A stretch of DNA of 64,000 bases from the NCBI GenBank assembly GCA_030141605.1, contig JAQGDQ010000071.1:599605-663604 (forward strand). The letters are read 5' to 3'. The position numbers were made by a program, and so were the translations under genes. Source of the DNA: Tubiluchus corallicola (lineage: Eukaryota; Animalia; Priapulida). The notes beneath the pieces are model-generated. The model searched no databases. It was not told where the DNA came from and worked only from the letters and a program-made list of their open reading frames with translations. This document shows, piece by piece, positions 10,462 through 21,883 of this stretch. How positions within the stretch are numbered: the first letter of the stretch is position 1; each line of letters begins with the position of its first letter.

Positions 10462-10834
10462 CAGAACTGGGATGATTCACTTAACCGGTTAATTTTTTAT
10501 CGGTTAACCGATTAATCGGATCTAGGCAAAATCGGAGACCTTCTATAATTTGCTGACTGGATCAGTGGATAATCAAATAAACAAGAAATTTACAATGCAA
10601 ACATATATCAGGAATATGTTCAAATAAGAGTGAAACTTTTATACATAGGAAGTGAAAAGTGTGTTTGTAAGGATGCCAAGCATTGTTTAACTAAGTGCAA
10701 CACTTTCCTACATAGAAATGAAAAGTCTCTACAGTAAGGATGTGGTTAAGGTTCAAATTATTTATCATTTATATATAAAGATCGGTCAACCGGTTAAAAA
10801 AATTTACCGATTAATTTCCATTAACCCAGCACTG
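10462..10834. mobile_element. hAT-type MITE
   Basis: Perfect 8-bp TSD CACTGATG (10454-10461, 10835-10842); TIRs CAGAACTGGG / CCCAGCACTG; subterminal TTAACCG repeats. Confidence 0.9.
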
Positions 10835-12943
10835 CACTGATGTCTGAAGTCCAACAAAATCAAATGGGGATGTACTTTAGTTAAACAATGTCGTTTTGTG
10901 AAAGTACGTTGTCAGTGGGAATTGTCCATGTGATAAGGCTAATACTAGTCAGTTCGAAGCCTTGATTCAGTCTCAATGACTCTTGATCATTTATATATCA
11001 TGCACTCAATTATAGCTTACATAATTCAGGTTATACTAGCACTTTTTACCATATGTCAATATGCTAACTTTGCACTACTGACAAAAACTAGTTTAAAGCT
11101 AAAAATTTAAATCTTAGCATTCATTGGAATATGCTTATCTCTTATCAGTACCCTGAGACATTCATAGTGTCTATACTGTAGTTTGTTAAATCATTCATAA
11201 TCTAGAAAGCTATTACAGTAAGAACATTAATTCTGTTTTGATAGGAAAATAAAATTCTGCAAAAGACTGTGATGAATCTAGTTCATTTAAATGAATCTCA
11301 AACGTATATAATGCCTATATGAACTATGCGTTTTTATTTATGTTTTAGAATAGTGTATGTATTGTAACTTGAATGTAGTATGTAGCTTAGAAGTATGTGT
11401 CACTTCACATTATTTACAATTCCGTCCATTGCAATATGCCTGTTCAGCACACTATTTTTAAATAGGAAGCAATGCTGATGATATTATCCAGTAAGTTGAA
11501 TATGTTACTTGTTATTAGATAGTTGCATAAACTGTGGAAAGCTAAAAAATCACTTCAAATAAAATGAAGTCCCAAGTGCATTTGAATAAATTATGTGCAT
11601 TATAAATTATTATTATTACTAACATAAATAAAATTGCATTCCTAATGCAGGTTGTGTGGAATACATTGTGCCTTATTTATATTGTGATTTACTTTCTGCT
11701 ATAGTTTGCTCATGGTGTTACACTTTTTTCTATTTCTGTACTAATATTTTGCACTTTATTGAGCAGTTGCAACAAAGCCCGACTTTATGTATTAAGGTTG
11801 TTATCATAATATGCAGTTTAATAATGCACGTTACCTTATTATCAGTTTAATAATGCACGTTTATGACAATAATTGTAACACATTAACTTTTATATGCAAT
11901 AGAAGTATGGGGCAGACATAAAAATACCAAAATTGAAGTGAAATCAGATGTTCCAAACTTACTGTTAGGCCCTACATGACATATAGTTTGTATTATTGTT
12001 GAAAATGCAGTGCTTGTAAGAGTGAGTTTCCAAATGTTTCACAGTCATTCTCACTAGTAATTACAACCTTTTATTGGGTATAGTCTATTGTTTTTGTGCA
12101 ATGAGGTGGCTGTTACATAATATTATTTTCTTTACATGCATTTGTTCAAATAGTTACTTTTACACTGTTTTTGAATTTGTCGGGGAAGCTGTGTAGCAAA
12201 TGAGCATTGAGGGACCAACACTATTTGTGAGACAGTCTGCCTTACCTATTTTTGGATCATTCCACTTTATGCTAGATAATGGTTTGTTCATTCACCAATT
12301 TAACTTTTGTGTGAATAAATTTTTGCAATTTGCGCACAAATTTTGATTTTGATTTGACTTAATTCATTCCAGGTAACTTTTTCCAAATCGTAGTGTTTCA
12401 GAAACCACTAGTTTTGTTGGGTAAAGCGGGCCTATTTCTTATTCTATTTGATAACCCTAACCTTTAACTTCATCAAATTAAAGTTTGGTGTTTGATTATA
12501 AATATTAGGTTCTGTTATCGAGTCTCCAATACAAACAATACCCCTGTCAGGTATTAATGTGTGATTAATTTAAAATCTGTAGCTCTACTCCATGCAATTA
12601 AATAAAACTAAAATTTAAATGGTCTTTAACTCTATATACACTAAGATCAGTAGTTTAACGATTAATATAAAGTGTGATAGTCTCAGTACATAGCAAATTT
12701 TTTCACTGGAATTTTATTTTTTCACAATCCAAAGCAAAAATTTGCAGTAACCGATTTAATAAAATGAGTAAATTCAATACTCGTGTAAAAATAAATTTTT
12801 GCATAATTTCAACAGGTGTTAATCTATCTACATCACAATTAAATATCAAATTTGCTATAAAAATAAATTTCAGGAATCTACAGCATGTATGATAGGTCAT
12901 CATCCCACTTTAAAACATCACACCCCACTCAAGTATCCATTCC

Positions 12944-13446
12944 AAATCTAAAACCAATTCGTATTTGACTAAAACACCATTAGTTTGAAAACTGATCTAA
13001 TTGTTGATATGAGCAAACCTTTGGTTCCCAACTGGAATGCAAAATGTGCCATAATTGAACATACGGTAATGTCCAACCCCCTTTTGCTGCTTATTTAAGA
13101 ACGATTTGTCTTATTAATAGTGAAGTTACTACACAAAATCAAGTAAAAAATAGCAATAAAAGAAAAGATGCTTAAAAAACAGGCAATGATATGTTAAACG
13201 TCTAGTAATCAGTTTCTTATAACACTAAATCTAAAACCATTTGGTATTTAACTAAAACATTAGTATGAATGCTAATTGTTGATATGAGCAAAGCTTTCGT
13301 TTCCAACTGGCATGCAAGATGTGTTGTACAATAACTGAACACGGTAATCTCGATTCCTTTTAACAAAAATGAAGTTCAATACAATCAAGTAAAAAGTAGC
13401 AAACAAAACAAAAAGCATTAAAAAACAGGGAATGGTGTGTCAAACA
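12944..13446. repeat. Diverged tandem duplication, period ~283 bp
   Basis: aaatctaaaacca...ctaattgttgatatgagcaaa...ccaactgg...aatcaagtaaaaa occurs at 12944 and again at 13227. Confidence 0.9.
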
Positions 13447-13593
13447 CAGTAAATAGTAAATTATCGAGCTAGCATTCTTAAAGCAAAAGACGTAAATCGG
13501 TTTGTTTATAGTGAACAGAACCTTGCACATGTCTGTCTTTGAGTACCATACATCAACTTTCTTTCTGAAGAACAGAAGTAAATCGTCTCAAGT

Positions 13594-13715
13594 CTAGATA
13601 CCAGGCACATTCATCCTGCCTTCCACGACTATAACTGCTTGTCCTGACACAGCCACCCTCCCATCTCCTTTCACATCTATTGCCAAGTCTCCGCCACGTT
13701 TTGAACACTGGCGAG
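13594..13715 (-). CDS. PBLD: PBLD/PhzF terminal exon 6
   Basis: ARQCSKRGGDLAIDVKGDGRVAVSGQAVIVVEGRMNVPGI-TAG; total CDS 891 nt = 296 aa. Confidence 0.94.
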
Positions 13716-14600
13716 CTGAAAAAAAAACAAGCTGGTGTTAAATACTACGATTCTTTATTCGTCTGATAACCTGACAATTCTAGTTTCCCAACTTTGCTTG
13801 AATGACTGTTGTTGCTGGTCATTGCTATTTACTTAGCTAATTACGGTTGCTAATTTTCCAATTTTTGCAAAGTTAGTAGAATGTTTTTGACTGACAATAA
13901 TGCAAAAATGATAAGTCTGTTGCACTAAAATCGCATAAAACGAAAAAATTATTTGAGTAATTTGTATATGACTTGAGATGTTAACTGAATGCTATTGAAC
14001 TCTAAAAGGACATCAACAATCACAAATATAAGTGTGCCCATGCAAGTCTTGTTTGCTAAATGGTATACACACAACATGCCATCTGCATTAAATACACAAA
14101 GTGCTATTAAATCCAAATAAGAAGTTGTTAGTTTGACTGCTGGTAGGTTTTTCTTTTAGGCGGTGAATGTCAGATACAAGTTTACAACAAAGCACAAAAA
14201 CCTGTGAAAATATCTGATAATTTAAAAAACTGATTTTAAAATTAGTTATAAAATGATAACATTGTCGCACGAAAGTAGAAGTAAGTCTACTTAGAAATAT
14301 GAGTTTTTTTTACTAAATTATGGATGTTTCGATATCCCACAATAAGGGAATTAATTAGAAAACTAAGCTAGTTAACAGTCTAATTTAATAATCTAATAGA
14401 TACACTACTATGTTCACGTGCTAACCATTAATGAAAGATTTTATTCCTATAACTAAGTACAGTTCTATGTATACTATAGTAACTAAGTATAGTAACTGGA
14501 TGATGCTCGAAAATAAGAAATTCTGTGATGACGAAATTTACCTGCATAATAGGAGAAATGAGTTCTAATATTTTAAAGTATGGGGTTAGTGCTATACTCA

Positions 14601-14605
14601 TATAT

Positions 14606-14637
<32 letters not shown>
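14601..14637. repeat. (TA)n microsatellite
   Basis: Read directly. Confidence 0.95.
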
Positions 14638-14912
14638 CACAGATATGACTAAAAGCCAGTCTAAATAAATACTATAGTTATGTTAACACACAATATTTAC
14701 ACAATAACATTTTCACTGGTATCTCCCAATCAAAAAATAAGCTTAGCTTCATAAAGTGGCACTGAATACATGGAATCCTCAACACTGAATCAGACAGCCG
14801 TTTCATAAGAAAACGTTTTCTATTTTCATATGTAACTGCATCATGCTATCATTCCGATATTATGTGCTTTGTACAGTCATGACAACATAAGTATTCACAA
14901 TACTTTAAGTAC

Positions 14913-15148
14913 CACGCAAATGTTGCTTATCAAGGCATTTCGACCAATAAGGTGCCAACACAGTGTGTGCAGAACCAGTCACTGGATCCTCCGGAATCCC
15001 GTTCCAAGGTGTAAAGAAGCGTGAAAAGAAGTCATAACCATCATCGCTGTCATCTCCTTGAAGTGAAATAATTACGCCACGTATCACGCCAGTCGAGTCT
15101 GATGCCACCATCTTATCAATCTGAGGATTTAGCGACTCCAGATCATTT
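14913..15148 (-). CDS. PBLD: PBLD/PhzF exon 5
   Basis: RNDLESLNP...YDFFSRFFTPWNGIPEDPVTGSAHTVLAPYWS; second PhzF motif EDPVTGSA. Confidence 0.96.
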
Positions 15149-16612
15149 CTAAATAAATAAACATATTTTTCAGACAGGAATACAAAAAAACTCACGCAAA
15201 ATTTTATTTATACCCTGCTTGCAATCAGCAAGCGACGATGTACAGCCACTGGTATCAGTTAATTTTAAAACAACAATAGCGACAACCGACTAACACAGAA
15301 ATCTTTGACAAGGATGATAAATCTTTTATTCAACAAATTGTAATACAATAATACACAAAGAGTGCCTCTTTTTGCAGGCAGACGTTTAATAAAGTTTACA
15401 GCATAATACAGTGAAATCTTATTTGTTAGCACATTAAAAATAAATAACAATCCATATTAAACTAACTTCATTATGGGTCCAACATATTTTATATTACATC
15501 GCTTCCCATAGCCTCATAGAAGCATTATTTCCCAACTGAAAACAAAGTGGGCTATTCCTTTACCTTACTACACGACAAATCTTCATCTTGAGAATAACAC
15601 AATTTAACAGTTTAATCATTTTGTTATTCGAGCAACACAATAAATTGCTATTATAGAGATCTGCAGTTTCTCGAAATAAAAGCATCTTTAATTAAACAAA
15701 TGAAAGCATCAAAAATTATTGTCTCTTTTACATACAACACAATTGAACACAGTTCTTTATCTCCAATAAAGTACCACTACAAATGTGTAGTAAATGGCAA
15801 ATTTAACATCAAAATCTGTCGTTTGAAACTAAGGACAAGCACAATCGCTCGCCCACTAATGATAACTCTCTTAACAATAAAGATTCTCTATTATTATACT
15901 GTTCAGAACGTTCAGAGCAAAGTTGCCCCACATTTTACAAATAGTGCACCTCTACTATATTTAGAAACACAAAAGTTTTACTTACATGTATCGAGTGATT
16001 AGCCCCAAAGACTACTTGCAAGTAATTTGAAATAGAAGGGCTACATAATAAGCCAAAAAATATTAATGTCTAACAGCAGTATAAATGAACGACTAATTTT
16101 CAAGCTTTTTTTACATCTAGTCCTTTAATTCAAGCCACCTAGCCCATCATGTCAAAAATTTTACATCATTACATCGAAATTTTTACCGCTACACTGAAAA
16201 TAATGAATCATGTGTAGATTTTTTTATTATTTGATTGGAATGGCCCCAACACCTGGGTACAGAAAAACCTACTTTTTTGTGACTAATTAACAGGATTAGC
16301 TTCTAATGATGTAATCCCTAGAAAAGAGCTGAAAAACTCCTGGAACACCCCAAATTAACTAGTCAACTAACAGGAGCATCTAGATGCCGTAACAGCTTAG
16401 AAATGACTACCCATCGTGCAAATGTGTTATAAGCATAGAATTCCTGACATCACAGAATATGGCAGTGACTCATATTTCTGCAACTAAAGGTAACAAATCC
16501 AATGTGCTATACTCCCAAGTCTTACAGTATACTATATGTGATCCTTTCAACATTGAACCGTACCAATGGTAAATATAATGATCTTACGAGAACAAAAGAG
16601 TACATACAGTAC

Positions 16613-16701
16613 CTTGTCAAGTTACTATCGAGAACTATCAGTAGTTTCTTGGTCGTTGGTGAATACTGCACATCTTTTACAGGCAGATTGCCTACACAAA
16701 C
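16613..16701 (-). CDS. PBLD: PBLD/PhzF exon 4
   Basis: VCVGNLPVKDVQYSPTTKKLLIVLDSNLT; ttgcag| acceptor and AG|gtactg donor. Confidence 0.92.
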
Positions 16702-17020
16702 CTGCAAGATTAAAATTAACTTTCACTTGGCATCAGTAAATTCAAATAAAAACACAAAGTGAAATTGTCGAAATTCTACTATTGAATTCATTTTATTGTT
16801 TAAAGTGGTAGCAGTTATTTTTTAAATTACCTTTACTGTGTGTGAGATGGGAAATTATAATGACAATTACTCCTTCTTTTTTCTTACAATAAGATCTTAG
16901 CCTGTGACATTAAATAAATATATGCAGTTAATTACAGCGATACTATGTACAGTGAATAGTGATTGTATTTTCTTCATTTACAGTCATACTAAACCTCGCT
17001 ATAACATAAGGTTTTACAGC

Positions 17021-17439
17021 TTAAAATCCTACCCCATTTACGAATATTCAATTTACTTTATTATAAACTTACTGTAAAACTTGTTTCTTTTGATTTTTTA
17101 TTAAATGGCTGTTAGCGGTATTAAATTCGAAGAACCGCCATTTTTGTTGCGTGAGACGAATGGCGTTATGAGTAAAGTCACAAAGTCACCAAAGATTGGC
17201 AAACAAACATCGGTAACCGAAGACGCTTTCTGTACCTCGTATGTCATTTTAGCTCACTGGTGCCAAACAAGCGAAACACTGCAATTTTTACGGTAATGCA
17301 CGCGTTCGAAATTTGCAAGAAAAAGGTAACTTATTTAATTTATCTCTTTTTTGTTTAATAACAACTATGAATACTTTATGTAATCATAATAATGTGTTAA
17401 GGAAACTTCAGTGTCTGTTGGGGTTATACAGGCCTTTAA
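17021..17439. mobile_element. Possible degraded Kolobok-type MITE
   Basis: Right end ggggttatacaggcct|ttaa; imperfect left end ttaaaatcctacccca; GC-richer interior. Confidence 0.35.
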
Positions 17440-17696
17440 AAAATTGAAATGTTTGATACTTAGGCCCTTATACAAGTCAACTAAAGTTTCAAAGTTGTGG
17501 AACTACGAACAACGAATGTAGCATTAGCACAAATTATGCAAATTTAAGTTAAAAATCTTGAAAAATCAACATGCTGTGTTTGTTTTCCAATTCAGTAAAC
17601 TAATCGCAAACAATCGGTACATCTTTGTACTGCATGCATATTAAATGAGCACATTCAATACTCAAAATAAATAACTTTGATTAATACTGTTTTTAC

Positions 17697-17839
17697 CTTC
17701 AGCAAATCAACAATGGATGACTTATCAAATGGCTGTGGTGGATTGGATGGAAGATCCATTAACAAATATCCATTCTCTTTCTTCTGCACAGTTAAAGGTC
17801 CACTCTTTGTTTCAAAAGTAAGTGAAGGGGATGTATTAC
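17697..17839 (-). CDS. PBLD: PBLD/PhzF exon 3
   Basis: GNTSPSLTFETKSGPLTV...LLMDLPSNPP...LLK; canonical ag/gt, phase consistent. Confidence 0.93.
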
Positions 17840-18141
17840 CTATTTATAAAAAAATATTTAAAAACTGAACAATGTGATGTGCACCAGCTATATTCTTGAG
17901 GTGTTACTTTTGAGATTTCAGTATAAATGGATATAAACATATTGTGTAATTATGAAGATGACGATGATGATGGTGATGATGATGAGATGATAACGATGAT
18001 GGTGCCAACAGTTAAAAGGGCAATCACTTAGACACTGATGTTACCTGTTTCTATCAAATAAGGTGGTACAACACAGCACATGTATCACAATCTACTGAAA
18101 TATTGATGAACTTACAGAAGCTGACATATATTTAGCATTAC

Positions 18142-18355
18142 CAATTGAGAAATATAATACAGCAGCAGTAGCCAGAGTTGCATGGCCACAGAGAGGAACT
18201 TCATTAGTAGGAGTAAACCAGCGCAATCCAAAATGGCTGCCATGCTGAAAATCATTGCTTCCAGGTTGACTTAACAATTTTACAAATGCAGTTTCCGATA
18301 TGTTCATTTCGCTTGCAATACTTTGCATCACCTCTTCTGATAAGTCATCGTGAGC
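18142..18355 (-). CDS. PBLD: PBLD/PhzF exon 2
   Basis: AHDDLSEEVMQSIASEMNISETAFV...LRWFTPTNEVPLCGHATLA; contains the catalytic Glu (N.SET) and the CGHAT motif; canonical ag/gt. Confidence 0.96.
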
Positions 18356-18599
18356 CTAGAAACGACATATACACAAATAAAAACAAACAAATAGCAAGGA
18401 ATCTATTTATGATCTACTATCCGATAATTTTTTTATTGCCTTTGTTTCTTTTTTTATTGGGTAGCCAGACTATAACAATTTCAGTAGTAATTATAGGGTC
18501 AGGTAAAATTTCTTGTTATTGTAAGAGTGCTTTGTCACTGCAATAATTACGTCCACTGTGTAAGACTGTAAGGTGTCCAAAGTTGATTTGAGGATTGGC

Positions 18600-19080
18600 T
18601 GTTTGGAAGGTCAGCACTCCGCTCAGTCCTTTTCACTATTAATAATTATTTCATGATTACTGATTAATGATACTGAATAAGAGGGTCGCACTCTAGTTAA
18701 AATTTTCAGATAATGCAAAGTTGTACAATCCAATTAACTCTGCAGCGGATTCCCTAATTTTACAGAATGACATTCAGTAATGGAGTAGGTTAAGTAATGA
18801 CTGACAATGTTATTTAATGTTGATAAACGTGAGGAAATGCATTGGGGTTTACAGAATCTTAAAAGAAATTACATCATGAATGGAAGCAGAATAACTCTTC
18901 ATAGTACAGATAGTAAAAGCAATATTGGTGCGATAATAACATTAAACTTGAAATTTTCCCAGCAATGTATTGTCGCTGTCAAAAAAGCAAATAAGAATTT
19001 GGGGACGTTTCTAGAAAGAAAGAAATTCTTTTGAAATCACACATTGCTTTGGTTAGGCTTCATTAAAATTAGAATGTTAA
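18600..19080 (+). mobile_element. Degraded CR1-like LINE reverse transcriptase fragment
   Basis: Frameshifted remnants IND...KIFSDNAKLY...LILQND...MLFNVDK..MHWG...LKFSQQC...KKANK.LG, typical of the CR1 ORF2 RT C-terminal half. Confidence 0.75.
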
Positions 19081-20389
19081 TTTTTTTCCCTTTTGGTAAA
19101 AAATAATAGTATAATATAACTGTAATGATTAAAATAAAATGTTAATATAACATTATAATTAATTATTGGTTGCTATGTATGGGTAAAGGGGTGACAAATG
19201 AACATAAGTTTATTAGACCACGGAAATGGAATAAATTTGATTGTTCCATTCTATAAACAAACCTTATATATAACCCCCGATAATATCTTTTAATCATAAT
19301 TACATATCAATATAATATTGATATTCTTAAATAGTGATATTTGTGCTATTTTTCTGGTTTTAATCATGATTAAAAGATATTAGAATAATAAAAGATTATA
19401 AAATACTGACCAAGAAAGAAAACATTTTGCATAAATGTAGATGACAATAAAACTTTTTAAAAAGCGGTAACATTTTGACATTTGTAAATTTTCATTTCTG
19501 TGATAGCAAAATAAATGGAATGGTAATTTGTCTACCATGGTGACTGCCACACCAAGCCTAGTAAAGTTTAAATTTTTAAATGAAGATTATTTTGTGGAAA
19601 AATACGGGGTTTCTAGAAGTGTGCCTGCTTAACTCCTAATCATTACAGCACAACATGCTGCAAAAGGGATGATAACATTAATAATAAAATTAACAGCACG
19701 ATGAATGACAAACTTCCTTACTTGCGAAGTCTAAGACCTAGCCATAACACAGTTATTGACGGTCGCTCCTCAACAATTTCCGAAATTGAGGTGTCAACTG
19801 TTTCATTATTAAAGTAAATACCCAGACATTTTTTATCAATATGAAAATCAACAACTTAAGCAGAAAACGAAATATTGTAATCAAATTCCAGCATTTTTAT
19901 CCATGGCAGTCAGGTGAATTAATTAATGAAACGTGTTAAATCTCATTTTAAACGTGTTGAACACTTGCGGTACAGTTTCTACACTCTCCATGCTTCACCT
20001 GCGTGTGGTGAATAACGTTGTGGCAGGATGAGGGCGGTCATCCGAAAAGTATTATTGTATGCCGGTACAGGTCTGCATTTACTGGCTGGCGAACTGCCGC
20101 GTGTTAAACTGTTGAAAGTACAGCAGTTTATTTTCATGTTGTGTAACTTTTTCGTATGTTATACGTGTGCAAATACCCAGAATTTGTGTAGCAGAGGATG
20201 TAGTAAAGCAACAAGCGATGATGACAGTCTTTTTAAGTCTACTGCCATGACGTCATCAGTGCATAGCCGCCCGAGCGCTGAATTGCGTGTATAAAGCAAT
20301 TGGCATAAGTAAAATCGAGCAATTATTTATCTAATTACTTAATTATTTTCGAAAAGCGATAAGAATATCATTTCAACACATCATCCTTA

Positions 20390-21205
20390 AACTTTTGCTA
20401 AAAATTGCTGATGAGGCTGGGCTTTTACTTTAAGTGAATTCCAAGGGCCCACAACACGAGAAGCGAAGAAATGGGCTCTCATGTTAGTGCGAGAGCATTG
20501 TACAAATAATTTAGAATTGTCCATGTGAATCATGCAGTGGTCTAGAAAAAAATTTGTTGCTACACAAATTGGAACTATCACTAATGACTTTTTAACAGGT
20601 AATAAGATCTATAGTATCACGGCGTTGTTCAAGCAAAGATACAAAGTCAGGTTGAATATCAGAGGCCAGAGTAATACACCTCCATTCAGTTCTTTCTAAA
20701 GCATTTTTAAAGGTGACATAAGGTGAGTGACATTGTCATACCATTGCTCAATTTCAGACAAGTCTGCTTGTAAGATCTCTTGATCAGAGGAATTTCTAAT
20801 TGGACGGTAAGGCTTTATATCATCAAAAACAGCGGTATACGTGTGTCAGGGGATACACAATCAGTAACATCATTGACAAAAATAAGAAAACAATTGGGTC
20901 CTGACAAAGTCCCTTGAGGAATGCCACTGGTTATATTTCTCCAGAAAGTGGTTACACCATTTAAACCCATTCTTCGCTGTTTGTGTGTTAGAAAATATTG
21001 AAACCATTGGAGTAGTTTCCCTCTTATACCTGCAAATTCCATTTTTAACACGAGACGACGAAGAGGAACAAAATCAAATGCTTTTCTAAAATCAATATAT
21101 AGAATATCAATTGATGGGAGAGAAGGTGCATCAAAGAATTGCGACCAGTCATTTAGGCATTCAAGACTTGTTACAGTGGAACGTTGTGGTAATCAGCCAT
21201 GACAA
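20390..21205 (-). mobile_element. CR1-like LINE ORF2 fragment with internal deletions
   Basis: RSTVTSLECLNDW...IDILYIDFRKAFDFVP...GIRGKLLQWF...SGIPQGTLSGP..FLIFVND and C-terminal FFASRVVGPWNSL. Confidence 0.9.
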
Positions 21206-21266
21206 ATCTATCCATGTTCAAAATAATGGGGGTAGCTGCAAAGGTGAGTGAGTTATTATTATTGAC

Positions 21267-21353
21267 CTTGTTTTCCTTATTCAGGCAAACTGCTGCAGGA
21301 TTTCCAGAAAATGGGTAACTTGTAAATGCATCGACGGTAAATAACGACAACAT
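21267..21353 (-). CDS. PBLD: Phenazine biosynthesis-like domain protein (PhzF family), exon 1
   Basis: MLSLFTVDAFTSYPFSGNPAAVCLNKENK carries the VDAFT...GNPAAV signature; AAG|gtcaat donor. Confidence 0.93.
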
Positions 21354-21834
21354 TCTCAACTTAATTAAGGAAAAGCTACGTGAAATAAACATTAGCACAA
21401 AAACAACGTATGAAAGGCGCAGACATTTTGTAATTGGCTTCTTGTACAGTGCTGCCGCAAAGAAAAATGCGGAGAAAACCAAAAATGCGCAGTGCATCAA
21501 CCAGGAGCGGGGAGAATGTAGATTAGCCGTGTTAGGTGTTAGTTTTATCGTTATTCGTGTTACAAGTTGGTCAGATTTTATCAATTCGATGACTTTAGGT
21601 AACTTAAATTATCCTACTCGCTGTGATTTACTGCACCAAGTGTGATTCTAGAAAGCACTTGTAAAACAGTAAGTCGATTCTTTAAGTGACGCTGTTGTTA
21701 TCTCAGTTGGACAGATGCGCCATTTTCATCTTCATTTTAGTGTAACTGATTACTGAACCGTGAAATTTTAGGGATTTGTATAATTGGCGGCATATGAAAC
21801 CCAACCATCGAGAAGGCAGGTGACTTTCACGAAC
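21354..21834. promoter_or_regulatory. Putative bidirectional promoter between PBLD and calcineurin A
   Basis: Only 481 bp between the divergent start codons; YY1-like CGCCATTTT at ~21718. Confidence 0.65.
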
Positions 21835-21883
21835 ATGGCGAACATAAGTGACAAGTTGCCATGTGCGGAAAGGATAGTAAAAA
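21835..21883 (+). CDS. PPP3CA: Calcineurin A (PP2B catalytic subunit), exon 1
   Basis: aacATGG Kozak-like start; MANISDKLPCAERIVK resembles the calcineurin A KLSTTDRVVK segment; A|gtaagt donor in phase with exon 2. Confidence 0.88.

Noticed and set aside
13594-21353. Horizontally acquired phenazine biosynthesis cluster
   Set aside because: Only a single PhzF-like gene with five spliceosomal introns; PBLD is a normal animal gene and no phzA/B/D/E/G-like sequence is visible
21354-21584. N-terminal hydrophobic extension of PBLD suggested by ORF 21171-21584
   Set aside because: PhzF homology starts at Met 21353 and the extension crosses the shared promoter; not excluded but unsupported
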